Shown: in pieces, positions 12,695 to 24,001 of the stretch | Layout: the number at the start of each line of letters is the position of its first letter | Position numbering within the stretch: position 1 is the first letter of the stretch | From: Macrostomum lignano | Lineage: Eukaryota | Length of the DNA stretch: 34,485 nucleotides | Direction: 5' to 3' | Assembly (NCBI GenBank): GCA_002269645.1 | Contig: NIVC01003330.1 | Coordinates: 1 to 34,485, forward strand | Notes under the pieces: model-generated | Told to the model about the DNA's origin: nothing | The model's database searches: none | The model's input: only the letters and a program-made list of their open reading frames with translations | Translations under genes and position numbers: made by a program

Positions 12695-15600
12695 CTAAAA
12701 AGGTGAAAAATAAATTAATAATAACAGACAATGAACCATGCTGAGTGAAAATCTCACTAGAATCTCATTTATGACCCAAGCTAGAATCTCATTATGACCA
12801 AAGCTAGAATCTCATTATGACCAATGCTAGAATCTCATTATGACCAATACTTGTATCTCATTTATGACCCAAGCTAGAATCTAATTATGACCCAAGCTAG
12901 AATCCCATTATGACCCAAGCTAGAATCCCATTATGACCCAAGCTAGAATCCCATTATGACCCAAGCTAGAATCCCATTATGACCCAAGCTAGAATCCCAT
13001 TATGACCCAAGCTAGAATCCCATTATGACCCAAGCTAGAATCCCATTATGACCCAAGCTAGAATCCCATTATGACCCAAGCTAGAATCCCATTTATGACC
13101 AATTCTAGAATCCCATTATGACCCAAGCTAGAATCCCAATTATGACCAATTCTAGAAACCCATTATGACCCAAGCTAGAATCTCTTTATGACCCAAGCTA
13201 GAATCTCTTTATGACCCAAGCTAGAATCCCATTATGACCAAAGCTAGAATCCCATTTACGACCAATTCTAGAATCCCATTATGACCCAAGCTAGAATCTC
13301 ATTTATGACCAATTCTAGAATCCCATTATGACCCAAGCTAGAATCTCTTTATGACCCAAGCTAGAATCTCTTTATGACCCAAGCTAGAATCCCATTATGA
13401 CCCAAGCTAGAATCCCATTTATGACCAATTCTAGAATCCCATTATGACCCAAGCTAGAATCCCATTATGACCCAAGCTAGAATCCCATTATGACCCAAGC
13501 TAGAATCCCATTTATGACCAATTCTAGAATCCCATTATGACCCAAGCTAGAATCCCAATTATGACCAATTCTAGAATCCCATTATGACCCAAGCTAGAAT
13601 CTCATTTATGACCAATTCTAGAATCCCATTATGACCCAAGCTAGAATCCCAATTATGACCAATTCTAGAAACCCATTATGACCCAAGCTAGAATCCCATT
13701 ATGACCCAAGCTAGAATCCCATTATGACCCAAGCTAGAATCCCATTATGACCCAAGCTAGAATCCCATTATGACCCAAGCTAGAATCCCATTATGACCCA
13801 AGCTAGAATCCCATTATGACCCAAGCTAGAATCCCATTATTACCCAAGCTAGAATCCCATTATGACCTAAGCTAGAATCCCATTATGACCCAAGCTAGAA
13901 TCCCATTATTACCCAAGCTAGAATCCCATTATGACCTAAGCTAGAATCCCATTATGACCCAAGCTAGAATCCCATTATGACCCAAGCTAGAATCCCATTA
14001 TGACCCAAGCTAGAATCCCATTATGACCCAAGCTAGAATCCCAATTATGACCAATTCTAGAATCCCATTATGACCCAAGCTAGAATCCCATTTATGACCA
14101 ATTCTAGAATCCCATTATGACCCAAGCTAGAATCTCATTTATGACCAATTCTAGAATCCCATTATGACCCAAGCTAGAATCCCATTATGACCCAAGCTAG
14201 AATCCCATTATGACCTAAGCTAGAATCCCATTATTACCCAAGCTAGAATCCCATTTATGACCAATTCTAGAATCCCATTATGACCCAAGCTAGAATCTCA
14301 TTTATGATCAATTCTAGAATCCCATTATGACCCAAGCTAGAATCCCATTATGACCCAAGCTAGAATCCCATTATGACCCAAGCTAGAATCTCTTTATGAC
14401 CCAAGCTAGAATCCCATTATGACCCAAGCTAGAATCCCATTATGACCCAAGCTAGAATCCCATTATGACCCAAGCTAGAATCCCATTATGACCCAAGCTA
14501 GAATCCCATTATGACCCAAGCTAGAATCCCATTATGACCCAAGCTAGAATCCCATTATGACCCAAGCTAGAATCCCATTATGACCCAAGCTAGAATCCCA
14601 TTATGACCCAAGCTAGAATCCCATTATGACCCAAGCTAGAATCCCATTATGAACCAAGCTAGAATCCCATTATGACCCAAGCTAGAATCCCATTATGACC
14701 CAAGCTAGAATCCCATTATGACCCAAGCTAGAATCCCATTATGACCCAAGCTAGAATCCCATTATGACCCAAGCTAGAATCCTATTATGACCCAAGCTAG
14801 AATCCCATTATGACCCAAGCTAGAATCCCATTATGACCTAAGCTAGAATCCCATTATGACCCAAGCTAGAATCCCATTATGACCCAAGCTAGAATCCCAT
14901 TATGACCCAAGCTAGAATCCCATTATGACCCAAGCTAGAATCCCATTATGACCCAAGCTAGAATCCTATTATGACCTAAGCTAGAATCTCTTTATGACCC
15001 AAGCTAGAATCTTATTATGACCCAAGCTAGAATCTAATTATGACCCAAGCTAGAATCCCATTATGACCCAAGCTAGAATCCCATTATGACCCAAGCTAGA
15101 ATCCCATTATGACCCAAGCTAGAATCCCATTATGACCCAAGCTAGAATCTCGCCATGACTGAGTTAAAACTGATCACTAACCTGACTGGAGTGGCCTCTG
15201 AGCACATGAGACGGTCTGGTTGTAGCTGACGCAACCTCTTCAGTGCTGGTCACGGCCGATGAAGAGACTGCAGCCTCATCGTTACTATGCTCTCCATCAG
15301 TTTCGACAGCAGCAATGGCTGAAGCGCTGCCCAAAGCAGTTGCAGCGGCGCCAGAAGCAGAGACAACCGGTTCTTCCAGAGCTTCCCAAACCAGTAGGAA
15401 GCCGCAACCAGTGCCAGCAATGACAAAGTCTGGCAGAACTAGAACTGAATGCACATTATTGCCCTCCTCATCTGTGCACAATGAGCGCACCGTGGAGAAG
15501 TTACACAGATCGATGACTAGCACCGAGTTGCCGCAGCCAACGTACAGCAGCTGTTGGCTGACCACCAGGGCGCGAACCCAGCGCACGAATCCAGTTAAAG

Positions 15601-18600
15601 TTCGCAGACAGATCCTGCTAGCCAGATCCCAGACCTTCACCAGAGTGAATGAGCCCGAGAATAAATAGAGCTTGGAGACACACAGGGTGCTGACGCTGTC
15701 TGTGTGACCTTTGAGCGTCTGTTTAATAGAGGGGGGAGGGGTGGGGGTGGGGATTAGGTTGTGAAATTGTAAACTGCAGACACAGGCTATAAGCTTAATT
15801 GCGTACTCGATAGGCATAGAGAAGTTTTGTTGAAGAAATACCAACAGACGTTAGGTATCTCCTAACTATACCCAAAGACAGAGGGTATCCGCTGATATAA
15901 ATACCCCACAGACATGTGGTCGATAGTCTATAAATACCCAAGGACACAGACTAGCTTAAACACACACCCCAAGGACACACACTAGATTAAACACATACCC
16001 AAGGACACACACTAGATTAAACACATACCCAAGGACACACACTAGATTAAACACATACCCAAGGAAACACACTAGATTAAACACATACCCAAGGACACAC
16101 ACTAGATTAAACACATACCCAAGGACACATCTAGATTAAACACATACTCAAGGACACACACTAGATTAAACACATACCCAAGGACACACACTAGATTAAA
16201 CACATACCCAAGGACACAGACTAGCTCAAACACATACCCAAGGACACAGACTAGATTAAACACATACCCAAGGACACACACTAGATTAAACACATACCCA
16301 AGGACACATCTAGATTAAACACATACTCAAGGACACACACTAGATTAAACACATACCCAAGGACACACACTAGATTAAACACATACCCAAGGACACACAC
16401 TAGATTAAACACATACCCAAGGACACATCTAGATTAAACACATACTCAAGGACACACACTAGATTAAACACATACCCAAGGACACACACTAGATTAAACA
16501 CATACCCAAGGACACACACTAGATTAAACACATACCCAAGGACACATCTAGATTAAACACATACTCAAGGACACACACTAGATTAAACACATACCCAAGG
16601 ACACACACTAGATTAAACACATACCCAAGGACACACACTAGATTAAACACATACCCAAGGACACACACTAGATTAAACACATACCCAAGGACACATCTAG
16701 ATTAAACACATACTCAAGGACACACACTAGATTAAACACATACCCAAGGACACACACTAGATTAAACACATACCCAAGGACACACACTAGATTAAACACA
16801 TACCCAAGGACACATCTAGATTAAACACATACTCAAGGACACACACTAGATTAAACACATACCCAAGGACACACACTAGATTAAACACATACCCAAGGAC
16901 ACAGACTGAATCAAACACATACCAAAGGACACAGACTGGATCAAACACATACCCAAGGACACAAAACCGCTTAAAAACATACCCATGGACACATGCTAGC
17001 CTAAACACACCAAATAGAAGAGCCCTCACCTTCAAGCAGGTACCGAACTCCGCAGACGCGGGCGCCACATCCCAAACTCGAATGGTATTATCCTGCGATC
17101 CAGAAAACAACACGGAACCAGTCAGCGCCAAGGACAACACGGGCCCGTCGTGTCCATCGAGAGTTTTCAGCAGCTCATTGCTACTGCTAACCTGCCACAT
17201 TTTCACTGATTTATCGCCGCTAGCAGAGTACAGGTAGTCCCCGCCGCCCAGTAGGCACCAGATCGGGCCTCGATGACCTACAAATGTACCCAGACATTTG
17301 AAGGTTTGCCAAACATTTCCTCCAGGCTGTACACTGGCTATAGATGACACCAGCTCGTTGACTACTACGATGGCTTCTTGAAGGCGATCCTGTTTGGCCA
17401 GCGAGTCCGCCAGGAGGTCCTGATGCTCAGCTTGGTTGATCTCCAGCAACTGTAGCCGGTCAGTCACGTGACGATCAAGACGGTCGAGACGTTCGACAAC
17501 GCCGCTGAGCATCACGCGTAGGCGTTCGGATTCCGCCGTACGCTGTTCTAGCTGCTCTTCTAAGTGGCGAATCTGATGGACAAATAGATAAAATACATGT
17601 GTTGCTTTATCACACTACTGAGTTAGTAATGCTGAACGTTTTTCGTCATGGGAGTCCTAAAAAATCACAGAGTTTTGAAAAATCTCGGAGTATTAAAGTC
17701 CCGAAATTTTGTATCTCTCTCTCTAAGTCTTTGATACCAAAAAATTCCGAAGTCTTCAAATCCCCAAAAAATCTCAAAGTCTCAAAGCCCCAAATAACCT
17801 GAGTTTTGAAGTCCCACCAAAAAATCTCAAAGTCCCGAAGTCTTAGAAAGTTCAAACTTTTGGAGTCCCCGAAAATCTTAAAGTCTCAAAGTCCCAAAAA
17901 GTCTCAAAGTTTAAAAGTCTAAGTCTCGAAGTCTCGAAGTCCCAAAAATCTAAAAAAAGTCCCGGAGTCCCAAAAAATCTCAAAAGTCCCGGAGTCCCAA
18001 AAAATCTTAAAAGTCCCGGAGTCCCAAAAAAATCTCAAAAGTCTCGAAGTCCCAAAAAACCCAGAGTCCCAAAAAAACTTAAAAGTCCCGGAGTCCCAAA
18101 AAATCTCAAAAGTCCCGGAGTCCCAAAAAACTTAAAAGTCCTGGAGTCCCAAAAAACTAAAAGGTCCCGGAGTCCCCAAAAATCCCAAGTCTCGAAGTCC
18201 CAAAAAACTAAAAAAACCCGGAGTCCCAAAAAATCTCTAAAGTCTCGAAGTCCTAAAAACTCAAAAGTCCCGGAGTCCCAAAAAACTCGAAAGTCCTGGA
18301 GTCCCAAAAAATCTCAAAAGTCCCGGAGTCCCAAAAAATCTCAAAAGTCCCGGAGTCCCAAAAAATCTCAAAAGTCTCGAAGTCCCGAAAATGACGGCAT
18401 AAACAAACCTGCTTCTCCATTCGCTGCCGGGCGCCAACGCAGACGCTGGAACAAGAAGTGCCATTGCCGCCGCAATCGGACTCGTGCTCCTGAAGATCAC
18501 GCAGTTTCATAGTCAGCCCGCAGCCTCTGCTGCAAACTGCTGGACTATGCGGACAACAATTCTCGTGCTCCAACCGGTTGCCCAGACGTATTTCGGCGTT

Positions 18601-19891
18601 GCAACCGGAAGGATCAACTTCATAGCTGGAGCAGCCGCCTACCAGAGACGATGGAGATGTTAATCCGGAGTCTGGAGACTCAGCGTTCGGTCGTTTGACC
18701 CGGAGACCGTAGCGGCATCGAATGAGAAGGTCTCCAACTTGATCGCATAGTGCTAGATTGACAACTAGAGGCTTGGCAGGCACGTTGTGACGGGGGCAGG
18801 GCACTGGAGTGAAGGCGCGATTAAGAAAAGTTTGTATTAACTTTCTAGCAATGCTTTAGAGAGCGATTTGCAGTGGTAATTATGGCGATTTTTCAATGGT
18901 AATTGGGGCGATTTTTCAATGGTAATTGGGGCGATTTTCAATGATAATTGGGGCGATTTTTAATGGTAATTGGGGAGATTTTCAAAGTGGTAATTGGGGC
19001 GATTTTCAAAGTGGTAATTGGGGCGATTTTCAAAGTGGTAATTGGGCCGATTTTCAAAGTGGTAATTGGGGCGATTTTCAAAGTGGTAATTGGGCCGATT
19101 TTCAAAGTGGTAATTGGGCCGATTTTCAAAGTGGTAATTGGGCCGATTTTCAAAGTGGTAATTGGGCCGATTTTCAAAGTGGTAATTGGGCCGATTTTCA
19201 AAGTGGTAATTGGGCCGATTTTCAAAGTGGTAATTGGGCCGATTTTCAAAGTGGTAATTGGGCCGATTTTCAAAGTGGTAATTGGGCCGATTTTCAAAGT
19301 GGTAATTGGGCCGATTTTCAAAGTGGTAATTGGGCCGATTTTCAAAGTGGTAATTGGGCCGATTTTCAAAGTGGTAATTGGGCCGATTTTCAAAGTGGTA
19401 ATTGGGCCGATTTTCAATGGTAATGGGGGCGATTATTCAGTGGTAATTGGGCCAATTTTTCAATGGTAATTGGGGCGAGTTTTCAATGGTAATGGGGGCG
19501 ATTTTTAAAGCGGTAATTAGGGCGATTTTCAATGGTAATTGGGGAGTTTTTTAAAGTGGTAATTGGGCATTGGGGCGATTATTCAGTGGTAATTAGGGCG
19601 ATTTTTCAGTGGTAATTAGGGAGATTTTCAAAGTGGTAATTGGGGAGTTTTTTAAAGAGATATCAAAGAGATATTTATCAAAGTACAAAGTGATTGGAAT
19701 ATTCTCTAAGAAATGACTACAGCAAAAAGCGTTCACCAACCAGTCTCATCCGCAATACACCGGTGACAGAAGCTGTCACCGCAAGAGGCTGTAAATGGAT
19801 TTCTAAACACGTTGCCGCAGATTCTGCACAGCAAACCGTCTGGTGGCGGCGAGGCGAACACCGTCGGCGGCGGGTCAGCGTCGGCTTCCAT
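12485..19891 (-). CDS. TRAF7: TRAF7 orthologue (RING - zinc fingers - coiled coil - WD40 repeats), 5 exons: 19891-19741, 18803-18409, 17572-17030, 15718-15182, 12694-12485; 1836 nt, 611 aa
   Basis: All four introns are GT-AG with compatible phases (1,0,0,0). The spliced protein carries TRAF7-typical segments VFASPP..LLCRICGNVFRNPF, DQVGDLLIRCRYG..YEVDPSGC, TFKCLGTFVGHRGPIWCL, WVRALV and TQTLQRHQGIVTAMAV..RLFTGSAD..RVW. Confidence 0.93.
12757..15150. repeat. 23-bp minisatellite GCTAGAATCCCATTATGACCCAA, ~104 copies, in TRAF7 intron 4
   Basis: Directly visible; variant unit ATTTATGACCAATTCTAG interspersed. Confidence 0.98.
15182..15718 (-). CDS. TRAF7: TRAF7 exon 4 (WD40 repeats plus low-complexity insertion)
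   Basis: Acceptor aaacag, TLKGHTDSV..VKVWD..WVRAL..HVLRGHSSQ, donor GTTAGT. Confidence 0.92.
15731..15752 (+). other. G-quadruplex consensus motif G6-A-G4-T-G5-T-G4; reads as a C-rich tract just upstream of the intron 3 acceptor on the sense strand
   Basis: Four G-runs of 4 or more with 1-nt loops. Confidence 0.7.
15930..17010. repeat. 29-30-bp minisatellite ACACATACCCAAGGACACACACTAGATTAA in TRAF7 intron 3
   Basis: 30-nt register visible; edges degenerate, centre homogeneous. Confidence 0.97.
17030..17572 (-). CDS. TRAF7: TRAF7 exon 3 (coiled coil, first WD40 repeats)
   Basis: Acceptor catcag, IRHLEEQLEQR..GTFVGHRGPIW..GHDGPVL..IRVWD..TCLK, donor GTGAGG. Confidence 0.92.
17650..18395. repeat. 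~27-bp minisatellite AAAAGTCCCGGAGTCCCAAAAAATCTC in TRAF7 intron 2
   Basis: Visible periodicity, increasingly degenerate toward 17650. Confidence 0.92.
18409..18803 (-). CDS. TRAF7: TRAF7 exon 2 (RING end, zinc fingers)
   Basis: Acceptor ctccag, (V)PCPRHNV..EHENCC..CSRGC..EHESDC..MEKQ, donor GTTTGT. Confidence 0.9.
18870..19650. repeat. 24-bp minisatellite AAAGTGGTAATTGGGCCGATTTTC in TRAF7 intron 1
   Basis: Directly visible; yields 8-aa-periodic ORFs (KIGPITTL etc.). Confidence 0.97.
19741..19891 (-). CDS. TRAF7: TRAF7 exon 1 (start codon, most of RING)
   Basis: MEADADPPPTVFASPPPDGLLCRICGNVFRNPFTASCGDSFCHRCIADET; in-frame TAA upstream of the ATG; donor GTTGGT at 19740. Not in the supplied ORF track. 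Confidence 0.88.
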
Positions 19892-20079
19892 GCATTTTAA
19901 CAATATTTTCGATACATATCGGTTTTATGGTAATGGTTAGTTTAAAAGACTTAGCTTGTGAGACAATATATGTATGTACTAGCTAAATTCCTACATTATT
20001 TGGCTAGTTGTAAAAGTAGTTCAATAATAGTAGTATAGCATATTAAATATATTCAAAGCAACGTTATAAAATTGGCGCC

Positions 20080-20420
20080 AAAATTAAGGAATGGCGCTAA
20101 ACTATAGTGATGAATGGCGCCAAACTATAGTGATGAATGGCGCCAAACTATAGTGATGAATGGCGCCAAACTATAGTGATGAATGGCGCCAAACTAGTGA
20201 TTAATGGCGCCAAACTATCGTAACGAATGGCGCCAAACTGTATAGTGATGAATGGCGCCAAACTAGTGATTAATGGTGCCAAACTATCGTAACGAATGGC
20301 GCCAAACTGTATAGTGATGAATGACGCTAAACTGATATGAGCAATTGCGCCAAACTATCGTGATGAATGGCGCCAAAACTATCGTGATAAATGGCGCCAA
20401 ACTGAATTGAGCAATGGCGC
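20080..20420. repeat. ~23-bp minisatellite AATGGCGCCAAACTATAGTGATG, just upstream of TRAF7
   Basis: Visible periodicity, roughly 14 units. Confidence 0.92.
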
Positions 20421-20635
20421 TGAACTAGATCGTGGAAGGACAGCACCAAACGAAGGATGGTATAGAAGTACAAAAGACTCACTAAATTACATATATGCAA
20501 ACGTCAGTGAGTCAAGAAATGCTATAAAACACCTAAATCTTAACACTGGAAAGCTGGACCACTTTCTGGATAAATATGGTAAATAAATAACACAAACTAA
20601 AATGCACTAAAATGCTTGATCCTACGAGCTACATA

Positions 20636-20985
20636 GGGTCGGTCTAGTGCGGTGTTCTTATGTGCCAGCTCTTATGTGCCAGCGGCCCAGGCTCGATTCC
20701 AAGTGCACATATTAATTTGGGGCCAAATTGGAATCTCGGCTTGGCTCTGCTCGTGCAATTATTCAATTAACGCCCTTGACGGCCAGCCCCCCGACGCACA
20801 GTGAAGTGTACATGCCTAACGATAAATAAAGCCAGGGCCGCTGCAGTACACTCCTGTGTGCCTGTGCGTATGACTGCGTACGTATCCGCGCGCTTGTATG
20901 CCTGCTCAGGGGAGCCAGAGGAATGGAGAATAATACCTCTCGCCGGGTATGTGACAAAGAGTGCCAGGATGCATACAGTCCCATG
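20636..20985 (+). mobile_element. tRNA-derived SINE-like repeat, copy 1
   Basis: Aligns by eye over ~300 bp with 21571-21898; B-box-like GGCTCGATTCC; internal 14-bp duplication TCTTATGTGCCAGC. Confidence 0.7.
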
Positions 20986-21570
20986 CTTCTCATTAAGAAG
21001 CTAGATGCCTACATCAGAAAAGACCCGCGCTCACAGCACAAAGAACCGTTAACGAACACACGAGCTTGCCCGAAAATGTTTTACTTTACAAGCTAGACCA
21101 AAAAATTTACGAAGCATTCAAGGGTGTGACAGACCAGCTCAGCGAAGCGTATAGGAAAATTAAATTATCCCATCAGCACCTCCCTTTGACTGGAAAATTC
21201 TCCGCCAAGAATGATAGATTGGATACCTAAGAACTGCATCCTTGAAACATGCATCTACCATCTGTATCTGCTCAAGACACTTCGGTGAGTAACAGAATAT
21301 TAGATTGCGTGATGGGAAAGCTTTTTGCCACCAAAATCTTATTAAATATGAATGCAAGCAGACCGGTTGCTCTGTTTAGCTTCTAGAATTTTGGCGGGAC
21401 CGCCTGGCTAATTGGCTCATCTTGAAAATAAAAGTACATACATCAAAATAACTGCAAAAAAAGCAAATGGTAGCAACTCTATTCAAAATTTCCATCATTC
21501 ATTCGTCAATCTATTGATTTAAATAATGTAATGTTCTTTTACTTAGCTGGCAATGACCCAACTAACAGTT

Positions 21571-21898
21571 GGCCATGTGGTACCGTAGCCTCGTGGTCTT
21601 AAAGAGTTCTTACGTACCAGCGGCCCAGGCTCGATTCCAAGTGAAGTCGCATTAATTTGGGGTCGAAATTGGAATCTTGGTTTGGCTCTGCTCGTGCAAT
21701 TAACGGCCTTAAGGGCCAACCCTCAAGGCACAGTGAAGTGTACATGCCTAACGATAAATTAAGTTAGGGCCCCTGCGTATGACTGCGTAAGTATCCGCGC
21801 GCTTGTGTGCCTGCTCAGAGGCGGAATGGGCAGTAATGCCTCTCGCCGGTTGTGCGACAATGTCGGTTAAAAGTGCGTTAAGGTACATAGTCCTACCT
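21571..21898 (+). mobile_element. tRNA-derived SINE-like repeat, copy 2 (most complete head)
   Basis: A-box-like TAGCCTCGTGG and B-box-like GGCTCGATTCC at tRNA-like spacing, followed by a body shared with copy 1 (GCACAGTGAAGTGTACATGCCTAACGATAAAT; GTATCCGCGCGCTTGT; CCTCTCGCCGG). Confidence 0.72.
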
Positions 21899-22675
21899 AA
21901 CTATTCAACTTTGTGCCCGTAAAATACTCGTAATGAAATAATAATTTGACATTAACTATCCCTTTCTAGGAGAACCGTCACATTACAAATTTACAACACA
22001 AAACAGTCAGCATTTGCATTAATACAGAAACATGTGCTCTAGGATTTAAGCATCTGCGTCTTTACATTGCCATCTGTTGAAGACAGAAAATGCCTCGACT
22101 AGGCAACCAAGGCGAGGGCGAGGAGAGAGGCACAGATTCCCCAGGGACTCTAATCTGTTCGGAAGACACGAGCTAGGGGGGGGACTGGAGGACACCAGCG
22201 AGTAGCGATAAAAAGTACTAAAAGAACTGAAGGGAATATTATTAGACAAGAAAAAAGGCTGAGAGACGGCTGCTAAGCTAGGAGTCGAACGCATCGCCCA
22301 TATGGTCATAAAATAGGCACAGTTTTACTATCATCGAGGAGAGAATAGATACCGATCAAGTTTCTCGTCAGCATAGGGTGAAAGCGACAGTAATAGTACA
22401 CGTAGCACGTAGCTTGGGGAATTGTAGTCTATCTATCTAAATAAAAAAACAGATACATTGTGTCATAAGTCATTTCGAATCTATGTTTTTTTAACGTCAC
22501 AGCGTTTCCAAGTGAGGTGCTTTCACAGGGTTGAAATCTCACAACGTAGAAAACCCAAATAGGTCCAATGAATCTTATGAATCCACTTTCATAAGGTCGA
22601 AATTTCTGCCTTATGAAGTCCCTTGCTAGAGTTTTCGAAGTTGTATAATTTCACAGTCACATTAATTTGAAGCTG

Positions 22676-22716
22676 AATTGGAATCTCGGCTTGGGTCTGT
22701 TTGTGCAATTAATATT
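22676..22716 (+). mobile_element. Fragment of the same SINE-like family
   Basis: AATTGGAATCTCGGCTTGG..TGTGCAATT matches copies 1 and 2. Confidence 0.55.
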
Positions 22717-24001
22717 AATATTTTTGTCATCCTGAATTTGGACCCCGGATGCAGATTGCAGTGCGATTTTGAGGCTTAAAAATTCACTTCAAAATTCATA
22801 ATCTGAATTGATGAATGAAACTGTGACAAAAAATTGATCAAAAAATGTCTCACGCTGGCATGGAAGCCTTTGTTAACCATGCAATTATAAAAATGAGACG
22901 GTAAGCTATAAAGATTAGAACGAATCGATAAACGGAATTGAAGCCCCCTATAACGAAGGTAAGCAAACACAGTTTAGGTGCATGCAGCATGCAGTGTTTT
23001 TATATTGGTTCTGTACTCCCCAATAATCTCAGTGTATTTACTTACTTCTCTCAAACCCGAGCGATCGTTCTGAGTACTTTAGCCTAATCCCAATATACAC
23101 AAACCCTGGACAGACCTTGAGTGCCTATGAGATTAACAAACATTATTAAGCATTGGGAGAATTTCTTTAAACACAAAAATTCTGTCGGTTAGTTAAATAT
23201 GGAAAAAAAGAAACATTAAATTTCTCGGTCTGAATGATTTTTGGTTGATTGTTGAAAGTAGGCTACTAGCGGTCGATTGCTTAAGCAACTACTGAAGGGT
23301 ACAAGAGTGCAGCCAATTGCTGCTAGTGCTATAAGGGCGCGGGCATGCATTCGGTGAGGGATTAGGAACCAACAATTAATCATTTGCTTTTCCAGCACTC
23401 CAAACTTCAACCATACAATAATAATGCTTAACGCACCCCCTCTCTGAATTCACACGATTTTGGGAATCCTTGAAAAGACAAGAAAAGACTTGAAAATACA
23501 TGTACAATACAAAAAGTAATGACTGCTTGAGAATTGAACTATAGTGACTGCTACTTACTAAAACGCATTGAATGGTCACAAAAGTCTAGGATGTACTTAT
23601 GCCGAATTTATGACCTCATAAATATATTCTATATTCTATATTAACTAAGATCTGCATGCTAGCTAGGGAGTGAAACTAATAAAACATACTAGCGTGAATA
23701 ATTAGACAGGAAACTTTCGCGAGCTAATTTTCTAAGGATTAGGCCTCCAGGGTCAACAGAGAGGGCTGACAGAATTAACAGGCCGGGGAAAGGTTTAACT
23801 GGAAAAAGAAAATTACTTCTTAACTAAAGGCTACTCGCTCACTTCTCTGTCAAAAAATATAATTGAAGACGCAATACGAAAGCCCTATGTAAGCGTGACC
23901 CACAGACAGAAAGTACAATTTTAAGCAAACCAGCAATAAGATGCTACATATCTATCTCAATCTACGAAGAGCAAATAAATACGTCTGTTAATAGTATAAT
24001 A

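Noticed and set aside
18926-19469. 8-aa-periodic ORFs (QSGNWADF, KIGPITTL, FKVVIGPI) as a repeat protein
   Set aside because: They come from a 24-bp intronic minisatellite open on both strands inside a well-supported TRAF7 intron.
22040-22380. Protein-like frame (..KVLKELKGILLDKKKG*ETAAKLGVERIAHMVIK..) as a decayed gene with Gln/Trp->stop changes; a similar frame lies at ~31715-31960
   Set aside because: The number of stops is near random expectation and I recognise no family. A tblastx/HMM search would be needed.
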